NCBI GenBank assembly: GCA_902779865.1 | Contig: CACZDG010000005.1 | Coordinates: 8,207-72,206 of the forward strand | Reading direction: 5' to 3' | Source: an uncultured bacterium | Lineage (GTDB): Bacteria > Verrucomicrobiota > Kiritimatiellia > RFP12 > UBA1067 | DNA: 64,000 nucleotides | Shown: one piece after another, positions 1 to 9,170 of the stretch | How positions within the stretch are numbered: position 1 is the first letter of the stretch | Layout of the letters: every line of letters begins with the position of its first letter | Program-made: the position numbers and the translations under genes | The notes under the pieces: model-generated | Told to the model about the DNA's origin: nothing | The model's database searches: none | The model's input: the letters and a program-made list of their open reading frames with translations, nothing else

Positions 1-1
1 T

Positions 2-1174
2 GCGGAGTTGAAGGCGAAGGCGGATGCCATGACCGCCCGCTGGAAGAACGAAAAGAACGCCCTTGAAGAGGTCAAGCGTGTCCGTGCCGACCTCGACGCT
101 GCGCGCCTGAAGTACGACGCCGCGCTTTCCGCTGGCGACAACGAGAAGGCAGCGCGCCTAAAGTACGGCGACATCCCCGCGCTCGAGAAGAAGCTTCGCG
201 AACACGAAGAGGCCATCCACGCGAAGGACGGCGGCGCTCTTCTGCGCGAGGAGGTGACGGCGGACGAAATCGCGGAAGTCGTGAGCCGCTGGAGCGGAGT
301 GCCCGTGACGAAACTGCTTGAAGGCGAGCGCGAGAAGTTGCTCAAGCTCGGCGACGTGCTGCACGAACGCGTCGTTGGACAGGACGAGGCCGTTGAGGCC
401 GTGGCGGACGCTGTGCTGCGTTCGCGTGCCGGGATCAAGAACCGGCAGCGTCCCGTGGGCGCGTTCCTCTTCCTCGGCCCGACGGGAGTCGGCAAGACGG
501 AACTTGCCAAGGCGCTTGCCGCAGAGCTGTTCGACGACGAGGCGAACATGGTGCGCATAGACATGAGCGAGTATATGGAAAAGCACACCGTCTCGCGCCT
601 TGTGGGTGCGCCACCTGGTTACGTGGGCTACGACGAGGGTGGACAACTCACGGAGGCCGTCCGCCGCAAGCCGTACTCGGTGGTGTTGCTTGATGAGATC
701 GAGAAGGCACATCCCGACGTGTTCAACATCCTCCTGCAGGTGCTGGACGACGGACGACTCACTGACTCCCACGGACGTACCGTGAGCTTCAAGAACGCCG
801 TGGTCATCATGACCTCGAACGCGCCTAAGGATTCCCTCAAGGCCATATTCCGTCCCGAATTCCTCAACCGGCTCGACGAGATACTGGAGTTCAAGTCGCT
901 TTCGGCGGACCAGATCAAGTCCATCGTCAAGTTGCAGCTCAAGGACTTCGAGCGGCGCCTTGGCGAGCAGGAGCTCGGCTTCGAGATCGACGATGCGGCG
1001 CTTGACCAGCTTGCGAAGGATGGCTACGACCCTGCCTACGGGGCGCGTCCGGTGAAACGCGCCATCCAGCGCGGAATCGAGACGCCCGTCGCACGTGCGA
1101 TCATCGCGGGGAAATACCCACCGAAGTCCACCGTCAAGGTAACGGCTTCTGGCGGCCAACTCGTGTTGTCCTAA
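2..1174 (+). CDS. clpB: ATP-dependent chaperone ClpB, C-terminal part (5' end lies outside the window)
   Basis: Second AAA+ module. Walker [14 protein letters not shown], Walker [12 protein letters not shown], sensor/arginine region [25 protein letters not shown], plus the preceding coiled-coil M-domain sequence. The reading frame is open to the window edge. Confidence 0.95.
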   Translation, partial: AELKAKADAMTARWKNEKNALEEVKRVRADLDAARLKYDAALSAGDNEKAARLKYGDIPALEKKLREHEEAIHAKDGGALLREEVTADEIAEVVSRWSGVPVTKLLEGEREKLLKLGDVLHERVVGQDEAVEAVADAVLRSRAGIKNRQRPVGAFLFLGPTGVGKTELAKALAAELFDDEANMVRIDMSEYMEKHTVSRLVGAPPGYVGYDEGGQLTEAVRRKPYSVVLLDEIEKAHPDVFNILLQVLDDGRLTDSHGRTVSFKNAVVIMTSNAPKDSLKAIFRPEFLNRLDEILEFKSLSADQIKSIVKLQLKDFERRLGEQELGFEIDDAALDQLAKDGYDPAYGARPVKRAIQRGIETPVARAIIAGKYPPKSTVKVTASGGQLVLS

Positions 1175-1202
1175 CGGCGAAAAAATAATCTCATTTTCAT
1201 GC

Positions 1203-1231
1203 TTGCATACTGAAAATCGGTTTGATATACT
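1203..1231 (+). promoter_or_regulatory. sigma70-type promoter TTGCAT-17 nt-TATACT
   Basis: TTGCAT at 1203-1208 and TATACT at 1226-1231 with exact 17-nt spacing, in the AT-rich gap after the clpB stop. Confidence 0.5.
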
Positions 1232-1239
1232 ATTCCGCC

Positions 1240-1338
1240 ATGGGACAACAATTGAGAACACGTGCCAAGAGAGCCCGTAGGAAAGCGCGCGCGAAACGCG
1301 CCCACGAAAGGCAGCTTGCGGCGAAGAAGGCCCAGTAA
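1240..1338 (+). CDS. hypothetical 32-aa Arg/Lys-rich micro-protein (possibly leaderless), or simply the tRNA-Cys leader
   Basis: ATG at 1240 lies 8-9 nt after the -10 box. ORF is MGQQLRTRAKRARRKARAKRAHERQLAAKKAQ with TAA at 1336-1338. No Shine-Dalgarno sequence is possible. No homolog recognised. Confidence 0.3.
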   Translation: MGQQLRTRAKRARRKARAKRAHERQLAAKKAQ

Positions 1339-1352
1339 AACGGGCGCTGACC

Positions 1353-1426
1353 GGTGGGATGGCCGAGCGGTTAGGTCGCGGACTGCAAATCCGCTTACAG
1401 CGGTTCAACTCCGCTTCCCACCTCCA
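1353..1426 (+). tRNA. tRNA-Cys (anticodon GCA)
   Basis: 74-nt cloverleaf folded by hand. Acceptor GGTGGGA/TCCCACC, anticodon stem GCGGA/TCCGC, loop CTGCAAA, T-arm AGCGG-TTCAACT-CCGCT, discriminator T, encoded CCA. Confidence 0.9.
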
Positions 1427-1439
1427 TTCAAACACGAAA

Positions 1440-1467
1440 CCTCCCCATAAGGGAGGCTTTTGTGTTT
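1440..1467 (+). terminator. Rho-independent terminator after tRNA-Cys
   Basis: Stem CCTCCC/GGGAGG with loop CATAA, followed by CTTTTGTGTTT. Confidence 0.6.
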
Positions 1468-1515
1468 ATGGGTATGGCGGAAAAACAGGACTAATCAGAA
1501 ACTTTTGAGGCGTAA

Positions 1516-4338
1516 ATGAAAAAGACGATTGTTTTTGTTGTTTTTACCTTGGTGATGGCATTGTACGGCATCTGCTGGGAAATGAACCCGCTTTCGTGGA
1601 CGTTTGACGCGGATTCACGGACGCTACAAACCGACGGCACTTCACCATTCGCGCTAGCGGATGCGCTGTGTGCCGAGGATGTCCATGTCGAAGCGGTGGT
1701 GCGTCCCGAGGGCGCGGGCACAAACGGGTGGGCGACGCTTGGCGTTGCGATCCACGATGACAACCGGAACTTCTGGCACGTCGCGCTCGTGAGATCTCCG
1801 CCGGAGGAGGGCCCAGAACACCACAATTTCGAACTGTGCGAAATGCGCGACGGCGTGTGGCTCTCGCAGGGCATCGACAAGCTGAAGTGCATTGAACGAA
1901 AGCACAAGGGTACGTGGAAATACGGGGAGGCGTATGACATGTCCCTCCGGCTCGATTGCACGGCGCATGTGATTTTCGGCGTGATCAAGAACTCCGGAGG
2001 GGAAACGTTGTTTTCGTGCGCATACGAGCTTCCAGCGGCGGCTCGGCGGGACGCCTCGCCCTACCGTCGCGACCAGGGGCGGGTAAAACCCAAGGCTGTA
2101 GTGCGAGGTCGGCCGGCGTTTCATTCCACAGGCTCGTTTCGCGGTGCGTTCATCGACCCGAAGTTCAGGTGTGATGTCCCTGTAGCCGAGAAGCGAGAGC
2201 CCATGCCTCCTTACGCGAGTGACAGCTTCCTCGCGGATGTCAAGGACAAGGCGACGGGATTTTTCCGCGTCGTGGAGAAGGACGGACGCTGGCGAGTGAT
2301 CGATCCGCTTGGAAGGGGAATGGTGCTACTCGGAATAGATCACGTGAAGTACCATGGGCACTACAGCCAGCGCACGAAGCGCAGCATCCACCACGAGGTG
2401 AACAAACGGAAGTTCCCGAACAAGGTTGACTGGGAGGAAGATACGCTCGCACGCCTCAAGAAGTGGGGCTTCAACCTTCTCGGCGCGGGATGTGATCCCG
2501 ACCTCAAACACCGCGGGCTCGTGCATACCGTGTTTCTCTCCATCGGTGACGGGCTCTGCTGGAACCCGGAGCGTCCCGACCTCTACATCTGCCCCAATGA
2601 ACACCGTCCCTGTTCTGCGTTCCCCAATGTGTTCCATCCGCAGTTCGCGGCGTGGGCCGACTGGAAGGCGCACGTCGGCTGCGCCCCGCACCGCGACGAC
2701 CCGTGGCTCTTCGGTTACTTCATCGACAACGAGCTCGCGTGGTGGGGACGCGGACGCCGCGACACCGGACTTTTCGACGCGGTTGCGAAGCTCCCTGACA
2801 CGCACAGCGCTAAGATCGCCCAGAAGAAGTTTCTCGCGGAGCGTGGCGTGAAGGGTAATCCCTCGGATGACGACAAGCTCGCGTTCCTGAAGCTCGCGGC
2901 GGACATCTACTTCCGCGTGTCGAGCGAGGCGATCCGCCGCCACGACCCGAACCACATCGTGATGGGCGCGCGCTTCGCCGGACTCGGCGGCGCGCATCCA
3001 GTCGTCTGGGAGATTTCCGGCAAGTACTGCGACCTCGTGACGTTCAACGTTTATCCGTGGGCGGACATCGACCGGGACGTCGTGTTAATGAGCCGTTCCG
3101 CGAATGCTGAGCGCGTGGCTGATGCGTTCACGCGCCAGTACGGCTACGTCAAAAAGCCGATGCTCGTTACGGAGTGGAGTTTCCCTGCGCTCGATTCGGG
3201 GCTTCCCTGCACGGGAGGCGCTGGACAGCGTTTCCGCACGCAGCGCGAACGCACTCATGCGACGGAACTCTTCGCGCGGACGATGCTGTCGCTTCCATTC
3301 CTAGTCGGATACGACTACTTCATGTGGGTGGACGAGCCGGCCGAGGGCATCAGCGACGCATTCCCGGAGGATTCCAACTACGGACTCATCAACCTTCAAG
3401 GCGAGGCGTATCCCGAGATCACCGGCATGTTCGCGCGTCTCCACAAGGAGGTTGCGTCCGGTGCGAAGATCGCGATGCCCGCCGAACGGCCTGCGCCGAA
3501 GAAGGGCGGCCTGACGGCAAACGAGTTTCTTGCACATTTCGGGGGGGCGGACGTTTCGTCCGCAAATCGCGTCGCGTTTCGCCGCGACGGCGATACCTAC
3601 GAACTCTCCAACGGCGCGGGGCTTGTCCTGCGCGGCAAGATCGGCGGCAGGTACATGTTCGACAGCGTCTCGCTCAACGGAATCGAACTCGGCAGCTATA
3701 CTGGGATGCTGAACGAGCGCATTGACGGAAAATTGAGGTGGCACGACGCGACGCGCGTGACTGCGGTGGAGTGGGATCCTTCCGCAAACGGCACGGGAAC
3801 GCTGTTCGTTACTGCGGATGGCGACTGCGCGAATGGTGGAAGGTTCTCGCTGAAGCACGCGATTACGCCGTATCCGCATGGTCCGTTTTTCCTCTGCGAG
3901 CTTGTGGAGGCGAAGAACATCGGCGGTTCTCCAATCGACGTCGAGGCATTCTACTTCAGGGAATACGCGCCGTACTTCGCGGACAAGCTCGCGATGAAGC
4001 TGAATCGCGTGCCGAATCTCTGGAAGGCTCCGATGCGCGACGCCTGGTTCAGAAAGTCGGACGGGGCGTACTACGGCGGCGTGTCGTTCGCGCCGCTCGC
4101 CACACTCTTCCAGTACCACATCATGGACGGCGGGCGCAGCCAGCACCCGGACGCGAGGTTCTCGCCGGAAGGAAAGCTCGTCCTTGGGCCCGGCGAATCG
4201 TATCGTCCCGATGGGAAGATGTGGATGCTTGCGATATGCGGACTGGACGGTGTTGACGGCTGGCGTAGAATTTCTTCCCCTCACGAGGCGTTCGATCCGC
4301 CTGCCGAGACATGGAGCACTTCGGCGCGTATTCGGTGA
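1516..4338 (+). CDS. secreted glycoside hydrolase, clan GH-A-like TIM barrel with a large C-terminal extension
   Basis: N-terminal signal peptide MKKTIVFVVFTLVMALYG. Candidate acid/base motif FIDNELAWWG and nucleophile motif LVTEWSFP are typical of (beta/alpha)8 retaining hydrolases. Family not assignable by eye. Confidence 0.6.
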   Translation: MKKTIVFVVFTLVMALYGICWEMNPLSWTFDADSRTLQTDGTSPFALADALCAEDVHVEAVVRPEGAGTNGWATLGVAIHDDNRNFWHVALVRSPPEEGPEHHNFELCEMRDGVWLSQGIDKLKCIERKHKGTWKYGEAYDMSLRLDCTAHVIFGVIKNSGGETLFSCAYELPAAARRDASPYRRDQGRVKPKAVVRGRPAFHSTGSFRGAFIDPKFRCDVPVAEKREPMPPYASDSFLADVKDKATGFFRVVEKDGRWRVIDPLGRGMVLLGIDHVKYHGHYSQRTKRSIHHEVNKRKFPNKVDWEEDTLARLKKWGFNLLGAGCDPDLKHRGLVHTVFLSIGDGLCWNPERPDLYICPNEHRPCSAFPNVFHPQFAAWADWKAHVGCAPHRDDPWLFGYFIDNELAWWGRGRRDTGLFDAVAKLPDTHSAKIAQKKFLAERGVKGNPSDDDKLAFLKLAADIYFRVSSEAIRRHDPNHIVMGARFAGLGGAHPVVWEISGKYCDLVTFNVYPWADIDRDVVLMSRSANAERVADAFTRQYGYVKKPMLVTEWSFPALDSGLPCTGGAGQRFRTQRERTHATELFARTMLSLPFLVGYDYFMWVDEPAEGISDAFPEDSNYGLINLQGEAYPEITGMFARLHKEVASGAKIAMPAERPAPKKGGLTANEFLAHFGGADVSSANRVAFRRDGDTYELSNGAGLVLRGKIGGRYMFDSVSLNGIELGSYTGMLNERIDGKLRWHDATRVTAVEWDPSANGTGTLFVTADGDCANGGRFSLKHAITPYPHGPFFLCELVEAKNIGGSPIDVEAFYFREYAPYFADKLAMKLNRVPNLWKAPMRDAWFRKSDGAYYGGVSFAPLATLFQYHIMDGGRSQHPDARFSPEGKLVLGPGESYRPDGKMWMLAICGLDGVDGWRRISSPHEAFDPPAETWSTSARIR

Positions 4339-4456
4339 TGTGGACGCTTGCGCAGGACGCGGCACGTCGCCTGGGCAGAAAAGGTTCGGCGGGCGCTCAT
4401 CGTTGCCGAATAGTCCGATCTCGTTCCGCCCTCGCGAAAGAAACAGTATTTTACCC

Positions 4457-4485
4457 TTGCGCAGACGGTGTGGATTTGGCATAAT
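4457..4485 (+). promoter_or_regulatory. extended -10 promoter TTGCGC-17 nt-(TGG)CATAAT
   Basis: TGGCATAAT at 4477-4485 and TTGCGC at 4457-4462. About 115 nt upstream of the aldolase ATG. Confidence 0.45.
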
Positions 4486-4604
4486 AGGCGCGTTGAACCT
4501 TTCAGGTGCGCAGGACTGTTTCTGCGAGTGTCGTCAAGCCGTGTGACTTGGCTCGCGAATGGCGCGAAGAGAGGTTTCGCAATTATCTTGAAAGGTTAAA
4601 TACT

Positions 4605-5477
4605 ATGGCAGACATGGACGGATTCAAGGAGGCTGCGGCTTACGGCCTCGACAAGCCTCAGAAGAGCGAGCAGTTCTTCCTCAAGGGCAACGAGAATCAG
4701 GGCTGGGGCGTGAAGAACCGCCTTGCGCGCATCTTCAACCCCAAGACCGGGCACACCGTGATGCTCGCGTGCGACCACGGTTTCATCATGGGGCCGACAA
4801 GCGGACTCGAGCGCGTTGACCTCACGATCAATCCGCTCATCGAATATGCCGACTGTCTCATGTGTACGCGCGGCATCCTCCGCAGCGTGATACCCCCGTC
4901 GATGTCCAAGCCCGTGTGCCTGCGCTCCGACGGCGGCACGACGATCCTCACCGACCTCAACCTCAACCGCGTGTACGACGTGGAGGACGTGATTCGCCTC
5001 AACGTGAGCGCGATGGCGGTGATGGTGGCGTGTGGCGACAAGGCGAGCGAGCAGATCACCACGCACAACCTCGTCCACACCGTCGATATGGGCGCGAAGT
5101 ACGGCATCCCCGTGCTGGGTGTCACGGCCGTGGGTAAGGACATGGCGCGCGACGCGCGCTACTTCCGTCTCGCGACGCGCGTGTGCGCGGAGAACGGCGC
5201 CTCGTTTGTGAAGACCTACTACACGGAAGAAGGCTTTGAGACGGTGGTTGCGCAGTGTCCCGTACCGATCGTGATCGCTGGCGGCAAGAAGCTCCCAGAG
5301 GACAAGGCCCTTGAACTCGCCTACCGGGCGATCCAGGCCGGAGCCGCAGGCGTTGACATGGGCCGCAACGTGTTCCAGAGCGAGAAACCCCTCGCGATGA
5401 TGAAGGCGATTTCCGCCGTCGTCCACCAGGGCATGAACGCGAAGGACGCATTCCAGCTCTACAACGACGAGAAATAG
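4605..5477 (+). CDS. class I aldolase of the DhnA/LsrF (DeoC-like) family
   Basis: Sequence is typical of the LsrF/FbaB-like family (GHTVMLACDHGFIMGP, FVKTYYTE with the Schiff-base Lys context, IAGGKK, GVDMGRNVFQ). Start moved to the ATG at 4605 (MADMDG); the upstream extension looks non-coding. Confidence 0.8.
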   Translation: MADMDGFKEAAAYGLDKPQKSEQFFLKGNENQGWGVKNRLARIFNPKTGHTVMLACDHGFIMGPTSGLERVDLTINPLIEYADCLMCTRGILRSVIPPSMSKPVCLRSDGGTTILTDLNLNRVYDVEDVIRLNVSAMAVMVACGDKASEQITTHNLVHTVDMGAKYGIPVLGVTAVGKDMARDARYFRLATRVCAENGASFVKTYYTEEGFETVVAQCPVPIVIAGGKKLPEDKALELAYRAIQAGAAGVDMGRNVFQSEKPLAMMKAISAVVHQGMNAKDAFQLYNDEK

Positions 5478-5501
5478 TCGGCGGTAATCCTCCGCTGCGA
5501 C

Positions 5502-6362
5502 ATGGCAATGGCAGACGATTACGAGTTGCTAGATTCTGGCGGCGGACGTAAGTTCGAGCGCTTCGGGCGCGTGACGCTGGTGCGTCCGTGCTCGCAGGCG
5601 ATGTGGCGTCCGGAAAACCCCTCCGCGTGGTCGCGCGCAACCGCGACGTTCGACCGCGAAGAGGGCAACCACTGGAGCGGACGCAACGCGCTGCCGCCTG
5701 AATGGACGATTGAGACCGCCGGCATACGCTTCAAGTTGTCCGGTACTGACTTTGGCCATCTCGGGATATTCCCGGAACAGCAGGCGCAGTGGAACTGGAT
5801 ACGGGAACGGTCCAGCGGTGCGAGGGTGCTGAACCTTTTCGCCTACTCCGGCGGTAGCACGCTTGCGGCGGCGCAGGGGGGCGCGGAGGTGTGCCATCTC
5901 GACGCATCGAAGGGAATGGTGCAGTGGGCGCGCGACAACGCCGCGCTGAACGGGCTGCAGGACCGTCCCATCCGTTGGATCGTGGACGACGTACATAAGT
6001 TCCTCCGTCGCGAGTTCCGTCGAGAACGCCGTTACGACGGCGTGATTCTCGACCCGCCAACGTTCGGGCGCGGCGCGAGCGGCGAAACGTACAAGATCGA
6101 ACGCGACCTTCAGGAGACGCTTGCGCTTGTGAAGGGCGTGCTCTCCGACAGACCGAGGTTCGTGCTTTTCTCTTCGCACACACCGGGACTTTCATGCATG
6201 GTTGCGGAGAACATAATCGCTCAGGAGTTTCCGTCCGCCCGCGTTGAATCTGGCGAGATGCTGCTGGATGGCAGGGGGCGTCCTTGTCCTTCAGGCATTT
6301 ACTGCCGTGCCGTGTTTGATACCAAGTTAGAGAAAGAAATGGTGAGAGGTGGCGTGCAATGA
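5502..6362 (+). CDS. class I SAM-dependent methyltransferase (RlmI/YwbD-like rRNA methyltransferase family)
   Basis: [16 protein letters not shown] (motif I), [16 protein letters not shown] (motif IV DPP). Confidence 0.75.
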   Translation: MAMADDYELLDSGGGRKFERFGRVTLVRPCSQAMWRPENPSAWSRATATFDREEGNHWSGRNALPPEWTIETAGIRFKLSGTDFGHLGIFPEQQAQWNWIRERSSGARVLNLFAYSGGSTLAAAQGGAEVCHLDASKGMVQWARDNAALNGLQDRPIRWIVDDVHKFLRREFRRERRYDGVILDPPTFGRGASGETYKIERDLQETLALVKGVLSDRPRFVLFSSHTPGLSCMVAENIIAQEFPSARVESGEMLLDGRGRPCPSGIYCRAVFDTKLEKEMVRGGVQ

Positions 6363-7492
6363 GTATGGATGCCATTTTGCCGATGGAGGGAGACGAGGCC
6401 CTCTTTGAACCCGGTGAGGATTTCCACGGATATACCGTGGAGAAACCAATCGGGAAGGGAGGGCTTGGTTCCGTTTGGCTCATACGCCACCGCGTGCTTG
6501 ACACTCTGTTTGCGCTTAAGGTGCTGGATCCGGAAGTGGCGGAGCAGAAACCTGAATACGAAAAGCGGTTTCTGCGCGAGGCAAAGCTCGCCACGAGGAT
6601 GCGCCATCCGAACTTGGTCGCCGTACACGATGCGGGGTACGATTTCGGCAAGGGGATTTACTACCTTGTCATGGACTACGTCAAGGGCAATACGCTGCGC
6701 GAAATCATCGCGTTTGAGGGGGCTCGGCCGGAGAAAGACGCCGTACACGTTGTCCTTTGCGTAGCAGATGTCCTGGCGGCCGCACAGTGCTTTGGAATGG
6801 TCCACCGCGACCTCAAGCCCGAAAACATCATGATCACCGACGACGGCGTTGTAAAGTTGCTCGACCTGGGCATCGCCAAGATTTCCGACGGGTTCGATTC
6901 GCTGAAGACGACGGCTAAGACGGTTTTCGGGACTCCCGCATATATTTCACCGGAACAGGCTGAGGACTCAAGCGCGGTCGATACGCGCGCAGACATCTAC
7001 AGCCTCGGCATAATCCTTTTCGAAATGCTGACCGGGAGAAGCCCCTACAGCGGCAAGAAAACTGCCGAGATATTGAATCTGCTGCTCGATCAAAACCCTA
7101 TTCCAGATGTCCGTTCCGTAAACAGCAACGTCTCGCCGAAAGTCGCCGCAGTGCTGTCGCTGATGTGCGCCAAGCGGTTGGAGGATCGTTTTGCGACGCC
7201 GAAGGCTGTTATAGAGGCGTTTGCGCGGCTTGGGTTCTCACTTCCGACGCCTACTGGGACGGAATTCGCCGTAGAGGGTGGCGTCATATCCGAGGAAATG
7301 TCAATGGAAGACATCCTTGCCAGTTTGGTGGCTAAAAATGGTGGTTCGGACAGTGCAGGAGGGTGCCAGAAAACTGTCGTGGTGGATTTGGTTACAAGCA
7401 GGAGGCGTAGGAGGTTGCGCAACTGGATCCTTGCAATCGCCGTTATGGCTGGGTTGCTCGCACTTGCCTTGGCGATAGTTTGCCTTGTTTGA
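6359..7492 (+). CDS. Ser/Thr protein kinase with C-terminal transmembrane anchor
   Basis: [41 protein letters not shown]-terminal hydrophobic helix [25 protein letters not shown] overlap with the preceding gene. Confidence 0.9.
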   Translation: MSMDAILPMEGDEALFEPGEDFHGYTVEKPIGKGGLGSVWLIRHRVLDTLFALKVLDPEVAEQKPEYEKRFLREAKLATRMRHPNLVAVHDAGYDFGKGIYYLVMDYVKGNTLREIIAFEGARPEKDAVHVVLCVADVLAAAQCFGMVHRDLKPENIMITDDGVVKLLDLGIAKISDGFDSLKTTAKTVFGTPAYISPEQAEDSSAVDTRADIYSLGIILFEMLTGRSPYSGKKTAEILNLLLDQNPIPDVRSVNSNVSPKVAAVLSLMCAKRLEDRFATPKAVIEAFARLGFSLPTPTGTEFAVEGGVISEEMSMEDILASLVAKNGGSDSAGGCQKTVVVDLVTSRRRRRLRNWILAIAVMAGLLALALAIVCLV

Positions 7493-7535
7493 TTCCATGT
7501 TGGGCGGGATTGTGGTATAATAACATCTTCTTCTC

Positions 7536-9170
7536 ATGCAGAAGTGGCGTCAGAAATTGCGCATCGGGGCGTTTGCCGCGACCGTCGCATGTATGCTTGC
7601 CGGCTTTGTCGGCATGTTCGCACGCCTTTGTTCCGTGTTCAACGACCCGTTGGAGGACATGTCGCACGGATGGCTGGTACCGGTGTTTTCGCTTTACGTG
7701 CTGTGGACCCAGCGAACGGCGTTGAAGGAGGAGGTGGGCAACCCTTCGTTTTGGGGTTTTGTCGCATGCCTTCCTTGTATCGGGTTGTCGTTGATCGGCG
7801 CACGCGGCCTCCAGGTGAGGTTTGAACAGATGGGTTTCATCGGCCTCTGCATGGCGCTGCCGTGGGCGTTCTTCGGACTTCGCGTCGCGAAACGGTGCGT
7901 GTTCCCCGCGTTGTTCCTGCTGTTCACGGTGCCGATGACGTCGTATCTGGACGCGGTGACGATTCACCTTCGTCTGCTTGCGAGCGGCACTGCTTTCGTG
8001 ATACTGAAGGGCTTTGGCGTGGATGTAGTCCAGACCGGCACTGCCATCGTCTCGCAAGGCGCTCATCCATTTTCCATAGACGTGGCGGAGCCGTGTTCCG
8101 GATTACGTTCAATCGTGGCGCTTACCGCACTCACGGCGGCGTATGCGTGGTACACTCAGCCAACGTGGAAACGAAGGGCGGCGTTGTTCGTGTGTTCGGT
8201 TCCGCTCGCAGTGCTAGGAAACGTCGTGCGCATCCTTTCCATCTGCATGGTCGCCGCGTGGGCGAATCCGGATTTCGCGCTCGGGTTCTATCACGATTAC
8301 TCCGGCTACATCGTGTTCATCGTGGCGATTGCCTGCATGGTGGCGTGTGGAGAGGTGATTTCGCGCTTGTGCGAACGCAAGAGGAGCGCCTATGCAAAGA
8401 CGTCAGAAGATCGGCAATCGGCTGCCGAAACCCCAAAGCCTAAGCCTGATGGCAGCCACTCTTCATTTTCCATTTTCCACTTTACGCTCGCCATCTGCCT
8501 CTGCGTGCTGTTCCTGTTCCAGACGCGGACGCCGCAGACGGTGATTGCAGATCCGCCGTCCGTGGCGTGGCCGGAGAAGCTGGAGGGTTATACGGGGGAT
8601 GGCGTATCGTACTGTCAGGATGAGAAGTGCGCACGAATGTTTTTCGTATCGCAGCTGGATGGCGTTACGAACTGTCCTGCGTGCGGGGCGGTTCTGGACA
8701 GGTGTTCCCTCGGCGAAAACACCGTTCTGCCGCGTGACACCAAGATCGTAAAGCGCGTGTACCGTTCAAGCTGGGGGACGCAGTTCCTCGTGTCCGCCGT
8801 CATCGGCGGGACGCGGAAAAGTTCCATTCACAGGCCGGAGCTGTGTTTGCCCGCGCAGGGTTTCCTGATGTCCGATCCCTCCGACTTTGAAGTGGATGGG
8901 CGTCCGTACCACGCCATACAGATCAACTCGCGGGCGAATCCGCCGGCGACGCTTGCATACACTTTCTTCAATCAGGCTGGTGTTCGTACGTCGTCGCACA
9001 TGCGGCGCATCTTCATGGACACGTGGGACCGTTCCGTGCTCTGCCGTATCGACCGTTGGGTGATGGTGACCGTACACGTCTCCGCGCCGTCTGGGTTCGC
9101 CGTTTCACGTCCGCACGACCGCCTGGAGCTTGAGCGGTTCCTGCGTTCATTGGAGGGGGTGCTGCCATGA
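7536..9170 (+). CDS. exosortase fused to an EpsI-family domain
   Basis: Exosortase signatures DMSHGWLVPVFSLYVLW, catalytic-Cys motif AEPCSGLRS and LGNVVRI, with multiple TM helices. The C-terminal ~200 aa resemble EpsI (GTRKSSIHRPELCLPAQGF). A C-x4-C...C-x2-C insert lies at nt 8613-8684. Confidence 0.8.
   Translation: MQKWRQKLRIGAFAATVACMLAGFVGMFARLCSVFNDPLEDMSHGWLVPVFSLYVLWTQRTALKEEVGNPSFWGFVACLPCIGLSLIGARGLQVRFEQMGFIGLCMALPWAFFGLRVAKRCVFPALFLLFTVPMTSYLDAVTIHLRLLASGTAFVILKGFGVDVVQTGTAIVSQGAHPFSIDVAEPCSGLRSIVALTALTAAYAWYTQPTWKRRAALFVCSVPLAVLGNVVRILSICMVAAWANPDFALGFYHDYSGYIVFIVAIACMVACGEVISRLCERKRSAYAKTSEDRQSAAETPKPKPDGSHSSFSIFHFTLAICLCVLFLFQTRTPQTVIADPPSVAWPEKLEGYTGDGVSYCQDEKCARMFFVSQLDGVTNCPACGAVLDRCSLGENTVLPRDTKIVKRVYRSSWGTQFLVSAVIGGTRKSSIHRPELCLPAQGFLMSDPSDFEVDGRPYHAIQINSRANPPATLAYTFFNQAGVRTSSHMRRIFMDTWDRSVLCRIDRWVMVTVHVSAPSGFAVSRPHDRLELERFLRSLEGVLP

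Noticed and set aside
158-1435. 425-aa minus-strand ORF antisense to clpB and running across the tRNA-Cys gene.
   Set aside because: Typical high-GC antisense artefact. It has Arg/His/Val/Leu-rich composition and no motifs. It overlaps a confidently identified clpB and a tRNA.
4506-4604. Upstream in-frame extensions offered by the ORF track for several genes: 4506, 19108, 34549, 36782, 42486, 48275, 52283, 54149, 61573.
   Set aside because: The extensions overlap the preceding gene or have non-coding-like composition. Internal ATGs coincide with ATGA/TAATG junctions, SD sequences, signal peptides or the start of the conserved domain.
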